Of a stretch of DNA of 32,000 nucleotides, positions 18,234-25,589 are shown in pieces. Both the position numbers and the translations under genes were made by a program. Numbering within the stretch: the stretch's first letter is position 1; each line of letters starts with the position of its first letter. Origin of the DNA: Candidatus Thorarchaeota archaeon (GTDB lineage: Archaea; Asgardarchaeota; Heimdallarchaeia; Hodarchaeales; Hodarchaeaceae); contig JBHLRO010000001.1 in NCBI GenBank assembly GCA_048882505.1, forward strand, positions 240,001-272,000, given 5' to 3'. A model generated the notes under the pieces. It worked only from the letters and a program-made list of their open reading frames with translations. It was not told where the DNA came from and did not search any database.

Positions 18234-19304
18234 ATGGATTATGCGAACAGCATGCTTGAAGTGATAGGAAATACCCCATTACTTAAACTCAATCGGATAG
18301 GTAAGGATTTGAAGGCGAACATCTTTGTTAAACTGGAACATCTAAATCCTAGCGGAAGCTATAAGGACAGAATGGCTTTGGCCATGGTTGAAGCCGCTGA
18401 AAGGGGTGAAACCTGGAACGGCAAGAAATTAAAACCTGGAGGTACCGTTTGTGATGCATCTGCTGGAAATACTGCTCCTGCTCTTGCATTTGTTTGTGCA
18501 ATGAAGGGATATAAGATAAAATTATGTTCTTACGCTCATTTTCTGCATTCAGAAGATAAGAGTAAAAGCGCCAGATTAAAAATCAGCTCCTCCTTCGGTG
18601 CTGACCATTATCCCTGTCCTCTTCCGAATGATAACATTCTGGATCAATTTGATGATGAGAAGGCAAGGAGATATGCGGTAATTATAGGCGGAAAACACCA
18701 CATGTATGAGATGGAGAAAGAAGATCCAGAAACCGTTTGGGTCGATCAGATATACAATGATGCGAACACAAAAGGACAGATGAGTATGGGAGAGGAAATA
18801 TACAAGCAACTTGACGGAAAAATCGATGCTTGGGGGGCATCGATTGGGTCAGGAGCGACTTTCCTAGGAGTTGCGACCGCTCTTAAAGGACACGCAGTAG
18901 AACCATACACATTCGGAGTTGTACCAGATGAGGGAACAAGCCTTGTTGATATTAGCGCAGGTATCATGGATAGCTCCTCAATGGGGCGCCCCCCATTACG
19001 AATGAAAATCGTGGAAATGTTTGGATTACATAAATGGATCACCGAGGATTCCATTGTCGAAAAACTATACAAAGCGGGATATCCAGACGAATGGTTTGGT
19101 GTAACACAAGAAGATGCCAGGGCGATGGCCCACAGGCTTTGTAAGGAAGAGGGAATATATTGCGGAATGTCATCTGGAGCCAATGTTTATGCCGCGTTAA
19201 AAGTAGCAGAAAGAATGGATCCAGGAAGCAATATAGTTACAGTTATAGTGGATCGTCGCGATAGGTATATGGACGAATTCCCAGAAGAAAAATACGTTGT
19301 TTGA
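18234..19304 (+). CDS. Cysteine synthase/CBS-like PLP-dependent enzyme (fold type II)
   Basis: 'IGNTPL..L', 'KLE..NPSGSYKDR' (PLP Lys), 'GSGAT..G' and 'EEGI..G.SSGAN..AA'. The ATG at 18234 follows a GGTGAT RBS. Confidence 0.88.
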   Translation: MDYANSMLEVIGNTPLLKLNRIGKDLKANIFVKLEHLNPSGSYKDRMALAMVEAAERGETWNGKKLKPGGTVCDASAGNTAPALAFVCAMKGYKIKLCSYAHFLHSEDKSKSARLKISSSFGADHYPCPLPNDNILDQFDDEKARRYAVIIGGKHHMYEMEKEDPETVWVDQIYNDANTKGQMSMGEEIYKQLDGKIDAWGASIGSGATFLGVATALKGHAVEPYTFGVVPDEGTSLVDISAGIMDSSSMGRPPLRMKIVEMFGLHKWITEDSIVEKLYKAGYPDEWFGVTQEDARAMAHRLCKEEGIYCGMSSGANVYAALKVAERMDPGSNIVTVIVDRRDRYMDEFPEEKYVV

Positions 19305-19335
19305 ATAACAATCAGGAAAAACGGAGATACATATA

Positions 19336-20505
19336 ATGCCAATAAACATGGATAGAGCAAAAGAATTAATGCAAAAGAATGAACTTGACGCCATATTAGC
19401 TTCTTCCCCAGAAAATTTCTTCTATGCCACCGACTTGTACATCCCTTTTGTCGATCGTTTTCGTGGATTCACTAGTGGCTTCGGGCAGTTTGCACTGATT
19501 CCATTTGAAGGAAATCCAACAATGTGTGTTACAGAACTAGATGCCGATTTAGCAAAAGAAACCGGGCGGATAGAGGATCAGAGGTTTACCAAGACGTGGG
19601 CATATTTCAATAGGGAAGAAGCGGGAAAAATACATACTTACCCCGAAACTGTTTCGGCCCTAGTTGATGTATTAAATGAAAAGGGGTTAACCGACGCCAA
19701 GATTGGATTTGAAGAGAAAGTGCTTCCAATTGCTGACTATAATCGCATAACAAAAGAACTACCGAAAGTTAGGTTTAAAGATGCCTCAAACCTGTTTCTT
19801 CAGGTAAGGGCTGTTAAAATTCAGGAGGAAATCAATCGGATGAGGCGAGCAGCTGAAATTTCAGTACAAGCTTTTGAGGCTGCCTTTGGTGTGGCTCGAG
19901 AAGGTGCCACAGAATCAGAATTCATGGGTGCATTTCAGCAGGAACTCATCAATCAAGATGGATATATCCACAAAGGATTAATTCATTGGAACTTGACTAC
20001 TGGTGTCCATTCTGCAACAGTAAGACGTGGGTGGCCACTTGATCATAAATTGCAGAAAGGGGACGTGATGAGATTTGACGGAGGCGCCATCTACAAAGGA
20101 TACCGTTGTGATATGGCTCGGGCCCGTATACTCGGATCTGCAACTGAAAAAGTAAAAAAGCTCTATCAGGCTCTTTGGAAGGCCGAGGAGACAATGATCA
20201 GCATGATCAAACCTGGGGTTCGTTTCTCAGACCTGTTTAAGGCTGGAATGAAAATTGTAAGAGGAACAGCTGATCCAAATTTCGAAAGAAAGCACTTGGG
20301 TCATGGTTTGGGCCTCATAACTGAGGAAGAACCCGTTATCGGGCCAAAAAACAGTTCATTCCTAGAAGAAAATATGGTTCTGTCCGTGGAAGTACCATAT
20401 TACTGGACCGGGGTTGGAGGATTCAACGTTGAAGATGTAGTACTGGTTACTTCTCATGGACATGAGATTCTTACTGCAGGATCCCCGAAGGACTTGGAAA
20501 TTTGA
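19336..20505 (+). CDS. Xaa-Pro peptidase (M24B, creatinase/prolidase N-domain)
   Basis: All five metal ligands are present: FDGG, RCDM, GHGLG, VEVP and VEDVV. Also 'R.VK..EEI..MR.AA.I'. Confidence 0.9.
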   Translation: MPINMDRAKELMQKNELDAILASSPENFFYATDLYIPFVDRFRGFTSGFGQFALIPFEGNPTMCVTELDADLAKETGRIEDQRFTKTWAYFNREEAGKIHTYPETVSALVDVLNEKGLTDAKIGFEEKVLPIADYNRITKELPKVRFKDASNLFLQVRAVKIQEEINRMRRAAEISVQAFEAAFGVAREGATESEFMGAFQQELINQDGYIHKGLIHWNLTTGVHSATVRRGWPLDHKLQKGDVMRFDGGAIYKGYRCDMARARILGSATEKVKKLYQALWKAEETMISMIKPGVRFSDLFKAGMKIVRGTADPNFERKHLGHGLGLITEEEPVIGPKNSSFLEENMVLSVEVPYYWTGVGGFNVEDVVLVTSHGHEILTAGSPKDLEI

Positions 20506-20510
20506 TATAG

Positions 20511-20921
20511 GTGATAAATATGAAATACGAAAGCAACTTCATCAAACCCAAAGTCAGCGAGGAAATTCCCCATCATGATAGCGCCGAAATGGAAAAAATC
20601 GGAGCCAATATGGTTTTACTTGACGATTCGTTGTTTTCCGGGGCAGGAGTCCGGATGACAACCAGGATTGTCCGAGGAGTGGTCGATGAACCAGAGGAGT
20701 ATGTAGAACTTCATACTCACGAAGTTGATCAAGTTTTCATCTATTTTGGCGAAGCTGACAATGAAAATTCATTAGAAGTGGAATTCAGATTTGAAGAAGA
20801 AGTTTATCGTATCAAATCCCCAACAACAGTATTTGTACCTAAAGGTGTTCCACACACTCAGAAGATCATTCGCGGGTCAGGGAGATATATTACACTTCTC
20901 AAAAAGGGAAAATATATCTAA
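20511..20921 (+). CDS. Cupin-domain protein
   Basis: 'HTHEVDQVFIYFG' and 'VFVPKGVPH' cupin motifs 1 and 2. Confidence 0.75.
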   Translation: MINMKYESNFIKPKVSEEIPHHDSAEMEKIGANMVLLDDSLFSGAGVRMTTRIVRGVVDEPEEYVELHTHEVDQVFIYFGEADNENSLEVEFRFEEEVYRIKSPTTVFVPKGVPHTQKIIRGSGRYITLLKKGKYI

Positions 20922-20970
20922 GCAGTAAGATCTGAGAAGTTAAACTCTATTTCCTAGCCAGACATGGTTT

Positions 20971-22398
20971 TCATCGGTTGTACTCATAAATTAAGGTACT
21001 GATCACTTTTTCATATTCCGCCAAACCTGAGACTGGGTATTTTCCTTTGATTACTGCGAACTCGTTTGGTCCATGGCTATGTCCTCCGAACCCTACACAT
21101 CCTGTGGAGAAAGGTAACTCAAGGGGAGGTTGATTGAATAACGATATTGGAATCGTAGCCAAAGAACTTGGCCAGACCTGGTACTTGATATTGTTGAGTT
21201 CATAGGAACGTATTAATGCCTGAGCAATATCACTCTCGATTCCTGTGTGACAATAATCGACAGCAGCGAGCTTTTGAACCTTAATGTCTGAAAAACCGTG
21301 TTTGATAAGATGCTGTCTAATGAGATCGAAAATACTCTCTGCCTTTTGATTGGGAATTAATCTAACCTCGATTTTTGCTTTTGCGTTGGAAGGAATAACT
21401 GCCTCTGGGCCTGGACCTGTGTAACCGCCCCATATTCCATCGATATTGATTTGGGCTGTTGAAAAAAGAAGATCTAAGGCTTTAAGGGGCGAATTTATAT
21501 CGGATAATAAATTTCCTACCCCCAATCCTTTCATGTAGGCATTTAAATCAAAGTTCTCTGCAAGGTTTTTCATCCCTTCCAAGAAATCCTTTGGCCGGGG
21601 TTCAATCTCATTGGAGAATCCCTCAATTATGACGTTATTCCCGTCTTTATCCGTCATGGAAACCAAGGCATTGATTAGATGCCATATTGGATTTTCCACG
21701 ACTGGTCTGTGCATGCTGTGAATTTCATGGTCGCTTGGCCCTCGCCCCCAGATCTTGCCAGACGCTTCTAATTCTAAGTATAATATACCTTTGTATCCTA
21801 GCTGAACTCTAGCTACCCCTTGCGCATTTTGTGAGGAAAAAGGCATATATAGGGCATCAGCTTGTTTCAACCATTCCCTGTTTGCATTTATGAAGTCAGA
21901 AAGATGAGGACTAAACATTTCTTCCTCACCATCAAAGACTACAAGCAGATTCAAAGGTAGATCGCCGTGGATTCGTTTTACGGAGTCAATAGCGTTCAGT
22001 ATACCAGAGATTTTCATTTTGTTGTTTACACCCCTTCCCACCAAGCAAGTACCGATTTTTGGTTTCTCAATTGATATTGCTTCGTATGGAGGATAACTCC
22101 AATCTGATTCCTCAACTGGATTCGAGTCATAGGCACCATATAACATCAGTGTCTTTTTGCTTTCGGGATTACTTGGACGCAATTCCCCAAACACGATTGG
22201 ATTTACGTCCTCGGCATATAGATCTACCCTTTGAAATCCGAGCTCGCGCATCCAATCCTGAATCAGGCCTGCGCATTTTTTTGTCCCGTAGCTGTTCACA
22301 GAAACACTGGGTTGTTTCACAAGATCTCGGAGTTTATCGATGTGCTTATCGATGCTTCTATCAATGAATTTCAGAACCTCATTTACCTTGATGTTCAT
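20971..22398 (-). CDS. M20/M25/M40 (ArgE/DapE-like) metallo-hydrolase with altered metal ligands
   Basis: 'GEEE..S', 'GYKG....EL', 'NIDGI.GGYTG.G...VIP..A.AK...RL.P.Q' and 'H.PNE'. ATG start at 22398 (ORF track uses the TTG at 22407). Confidence 0.88.
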   Translation of the reverse strand: MNIKVNEVLKFIDRSIDKHIDKLRDLVKQPSVSVNSYGTKKCAGLIQDWMRELGFQRVDLYAEDVNPIVFGELRPSNPESKKTLMLYGAYDSNPVEESDWSYPPYEAISIEKPKIGTCLVGRGVNNKMKISGILNAIDSVKRIHGDLPLNLLVVFDGEEEMFSPHLSDFINANREWLKQADALYMPFSSQNAQGVARVQLGYKGILYLELEASGKIWGRGPSDHEIHSMHRPVVENPIWHLINALVSMTDKDGNNVIIEGFSNEIEPRPKDFLEGMKNLAENFDLNAYMKGLGVGNLLSDINSPLKALDLLFSTAQINIDGIWGGYTGPGPEAVIPSNAKAKIEVRLIPNQKAESIFDLIRQHLIKHGFSDIKVQKLAAVDYCHTGIESDIAQALIRSYELNNIKYQVWPSSLATIPISLFNQPPLELPFSTGCVGFGGHSHGPNEFAVIKGKYPVSGLAEYEKVISTLIYEYNR

Positions 22399-22519
22399 TT
22401 TAACCAACCACGATCAAGTACAATTAGCAGAATATTTGTTACTTTCCATTTCGAGATAGAAATACATATCACGAAGAGAATTAAAATCAAGCATAATGTG
22501 TTAAACGCATAATCTCCAT

Positions 22520-23713
22520 TTAACTCTCATTCATGTTTTGAACATTCTTCTGAATGAAATTCACAAGTATTAAAGGAAAAACCATCAATAATGATGCCAA
22601 TTTAAAGAGATCAGGAATCGATACCGTTGTTGCCAATAATCCTCCCAAAACTGCTCCAATTCCCGAGCCAATGTTAAAGATTGTGGAAATGTATGCGGCA
22701 GTTACCTTTCTTGCATCCGGAGGAGAATGCTTCGCTAGCAAATTCCATTCGGAAACAACTCTTAAACCCAGTGAAGAACCAAAGATTACCATTACGATGG
22801 CTAAGGGGATGAATTCCGTCAATTCAGAAATCAGGTAATAGGCAAATGCGAGTATGCCAAAGGCGGTGAAAATGACGACTCTGTCATCTACAACATCCAC
22901 AAATTTCCCAACAGGAATTCTAAAACTCATATCTGTGGCACCCCTCACGCCAAGAAGTAAAGCTATTAGAGCTGGACTAAAGAGTAGAATATCCTCAGCA
23001 TAGAGAACGAAATATATAACAAAGAATCCATAGGTAACCGCGAAGGATAAACGTAAAAACGTCAATATTATTAGATTTCGTGAATTAGCAATGTGATTTA
23101 GAGATGAAATCAGGTTTCTTGATTTATTAGCTGCTGATCGATCCAGTTGTGTCATATTCTTTGAAACCATAAGAGGAATGAGACCGAAAATAGGAATGAG
23201 AGCAGCAACTTGAAACACTTGCGAGTAGGACATTAGGGTTAATAGAGATGAACAAAAAAATGGGCCTATGGTTATTGCTACTCCGTAAGAGGTAAGAAAT
23301 ATACCTAAGGTTTCGCCGGTTTTCCCAATGGGGGCGAATTCCTGCGTTTTTCCGATCGCGAGCGGAACAATAGCTGCGATCGAAACTGCGTGTAGTACCC
23401 TCAATGGGTAAAACCAAATAATCGATGGCAGAAGGGAATAAGAAAGTTGGCAAAAACTCTGTACTAGCGCTGATGTCGCTAATACGAATTTTGCACTTAC
23501 ACGTTCAGAGAGGAACCCGAGCGGAATCTTAAACAGCATCAAAGAAAAGGATAAAAGGCCAATTATCACACCCACCTCGAAAGTTGACGCTCCTTTGTTT
23601 GTAACGTACAACGGCAGTATTGGAACCGTGGTTTCAAACGCAAGGAAAACCGTAATAGACGAAAAAATTAGAATATAGAATTCTCGGGGATACTTGCCTT
23701 TTATCGCAGACAT
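22520..23713 (-). CDS. MFS transporter
   Basis: About 12 hydrophobic segments with MFS motif A variants 'G.LSERVS.K' and 'G..VD.VDDR'. Confidence 0.9.
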   Translation of the reverse strand: MSAIKGKYPREFYILIFSSITVFLAFETTVPILPLYVTNKGASTFEVGVIIGLLSFSLMLFKIPLGFLSERVSAKFVLATSALVQSFCQLSYSLLPSIIWFYPLRVLHAVSIAAIVPLAIGKTQEFAPIGKTGETLGIFLTSYGVAITIGPFFCSSLLTLMSYSQVFQVAALIPIFGLIPLMVSKNMTQLDRSAANKSRNLISSLNHIANSRNLIILTFLRLSFAVTYGFFVIYFVLYAEDILLFSPALIALLLGVRGATDMSFRIPVGKFVDVVDDRVVIFTAFGILAFAYYLISELTEFIPLAIVMVIFGSSLGLRVVSEWNLLAKHSPPDARKVTAAYISTIFNIGSGIGAVLGGLLATTVSIPDLFKLASLLMVFPLILVNFIQKNVQNMNES

Positions 23714-23767
23714 TTTACATCAAAAGAGTCCACTTATACACATATATTCAAGAGACGGTATTTTCTG

Positions 23768-24919
23768 TTATGAGGGTCCCGTTACGAAGAATGTAAGCTC
23801 CCCAGAACAAAATAAGCATACCGATACACCCTGTGTCTCCATAGTTGTGAAACAGGCTTCACAGATTGCACGAAAGCAGTTAGTACACTTATAGTGAGCC
23901 GAAGAAATCGAAATATTACCTTCATGTAGTTCGCAAACGATAGTGCTCGAGCCGAGAACTAATTTATCATCAGAGAGATCCCGGAGAGTGCCAGAGTTCT
24001 CTAGAAATCCGTTTATCGATTGTTGAGCAATCAACCGGACAACAATATCATTAATTAGCTCGATGGGAAGGTGTGTAAGTTTGGACAGTCTAGAAAGGCC
24101 AATTTCGTTTTTACCCTCCACATCGTAAAGAGTTGTAATTGTACTAAGGACAATGGATTCATTCTTGTCTATCGCGCGTTCACGCTTTCTGAAGGTCCAA
24201 TATCTCTTAGTCCTTTCTTTTATCGAAGAGAAAGACATATCCTTACCATATTCCTTGATATCTTTGAAAACCTGGGAAGAAACCTTCCTTAATCCAATAG
24301 CAGATAGATTTGCTTTCTGATTCTGGTAATAATCCGTTAAAGAGGATCGAACATTCTTTGACTGAAGTTCTAGCGGCTCCAAATCTTTTTGCTTGAATAT
24401 TCGTGGTACAGGAATTAAGCTGCTGCGACAAAAAGGACATTCGGCCAATTCCCCTTTCTGGTAGCATGCGGCACAAATGAATCGTAAACAGCGCTCACAT
24501 TGGAAATGCAATTCAAAAACAGAATGATCTGTTTGATCAACCTGGCAAAAATAGGTGTCTTGACGCAAGACCAAAGTATCGTCTTTAATAAAACCTTCGA
24601 TAAGACGAGTTTCAATAAACTCTTGAAGGATGAAACGAATATCGGCCTCCGGGAGATCTGCTTCTAGAGCCAGTTCAGGAATCGAAATATTTTCTCCAGA
24701 ATGGATTGAATTTAGCTTATTAAGAGCAAGGAATGTCCGTTTGATAGGATGAGAAGATAATCTGTACTCCTTATCGAAAGTCTGAAACTGATCGACTTCT
24801 CGTTGTACCATTTTACGAAAAGAGGCTTTTAATCTCTCAGTGTAACCCTGATTTTGGCCAGACATTTTTAACATCAATAACCGATATTTATAATCTGGTT
24901 TAGTTAGGAATAGCGCCAT
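23768..24919 (-). CDS. Tandem (PCI-type winged helix + C4C4 RING-like zinc finger) x2 protein
   Basis: Two internal repeats. Each has 'I.(I/L)..L.....LP...I..I....I....I.GF' followed by C-x2-[D/H]-x12-C-x2-C-x4-C-x2-C-x8/11-C-x2-C. Confidence 0.7.
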   Translation of the reverse strand: MALFLTKPDYKYRLLMLKMSGQNQGYTERLKASFRKMVQREVDQFQTFDKEYRLSSHPIKRTFLALNKLNSIHSGENISIPELALEADLPEADIRFILQEFIETRLIEGFIKDDTLVLRQDTYFCQVDQTDHSVFELHFQCERCLRFICAACYQKGELAECPFCRSSLIPVPRIFKQKDLEPLELQSKNVRSSLTDYYQNQKANLSAIGLRKVSSQVFKDIKEYGKDMSFSSIKERTKRYWTFRKRERAIDKNESIVLSTITTLYDVEGKNEIGLSRLSKLTHLPIELINDIVVRLIAQQSINGFLENSGTLRDLSDDKLVLGSSTIVCELHEGNISISSAHYKCTNCFRAICEACFTTMETQGVSVCLFCSGELTFFVTGPS

Positions 24920-24942
24920 TTATCAGGCTTTTATAATATTGA

Positions 24943-24976
24943 GTACGGGGACCTACTTCAGGATAAGATCCCGTAC
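24943..24976. other. GC-rich stem-loop just upstream of the PCI-RING gene
   Basis: GTACGGG/CCCGTAC 7-bp outer stem with an inner CCT/AGG hairpin. Confidence 0.35.
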
Positions 24977-25213
24977 GAAGTGATGTTTCCGCTTTTTTAA
25001 GTTTAATTGCTCCTCCGAATGAACTGTGCGTAAGCCTTCTTAGGAATTCAATGAAGATTATGACTGAGTCTGTTGTTACCATTTCATTAACCACTAATGG
25101 TCGAATTACGATATTCTTTTGCAGTTATGTCACCGATATGGGGGGTAGGACTCTTTTTTTGTACTTTTATAGATTAATTTTTGTGGATCATTGGGATAAA
25201 GCACTTCTATCGG

Positions 25214-25233
25214 ATTCACATATACATGTGAAT
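25214..25233. promoter_or_regulatory. Inverted repeat ATTCACAT-N4-ATGTGAAT (possible transcription-factor site)
   Basis: Perfect 8-bp arms with a 4-nt spacer, in the divergent intergenic region 24920-25339. Confidence 0.35.
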
Positions 25234-25339
25234 ACTAAAAACCAGGTCTAAAAGTAATTTCATGAAAGGTTTGAGCATCCGATAAAAAAAGTCTTGAAGG
25301 AGGCCCGTTAATCGTTAATAAAGAGGAAGAGAAATTCAG

Positions 25340-25477
25340 GTGTACTGTCCTCGATGTTTTACAAAGGGCCATCGCCGTAAAATGAAACCTTCCAAACGTT
25401 CGTTTCACAAACAAACCAAGTGGATTTGTAATAGCTGTGGTTTGGTAAAGATGCAGAAGACCTCTAGCAAAGAATAA
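25340..25477 (+). CDS. Small basic zinc-ribbon microprotein (45 aa), not in the ORF track
   Basis: Hand-translated from the GTG at 25340: MYCPRCFTKGHRRKMKPSKRSFHKQTKWICNSCGLVKMQKTSSKE*. It has two CxxC knuckles (CPRC, CNSCG) and GAGGAAG about 11 nt upstream. Confidence 0.6.
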   Translation: MYCPRCFTKGHRRKMKPSKRSFHKQTKWICNSCGLVKMQKTSSKE

Positions 25478-25589
25478 TCACCGAAATATTAAATTGTATA
25501 ATCACTTATCCTAGGATAGCACAGAAGGCCATGCGTGCAATCCAATAGAAACCTATGAATTTACAGTCACTAGAAAAAATAAGACATAG

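Noticed and set aside
406-20505. Ectoine degradation (doeA/doeB/doeD/doeX) suggested by M24 + ASPA-type deacylase + class III aminotransferase + Lrp/AsnC
   Set aside because: The families match, but the M24 keeps all five metal ligands (prolidase-like, unlike the metal-independent DoeA/EutD). There is no DoeC-type dehydrogenase or ectoine-type transporter, and the genes are not co-operonic.
20935-20948. AGAAGTTAAACTCT, a 12/14 match to the core of the 6220-6237 palindrome
   Set aside because: It lies between convergent gene ends, not in a promoter, so it is probably chance.
6300-22440. Recurrent AATATT cores in intergenic regions (about 6303, 6340, 18185, 22431) as Lrp sites
   Set aside because: A 6-bp AT-only motif in AT-rich intergenic DNA with inconsistent flanks is not distinguishable from background by eye.
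24900-25251. ORF-track ORFs 24900..25094 (-) and 25051..25251 (+)
   Set aside because: They are short, overlap each other, and show no motifs or RBS.
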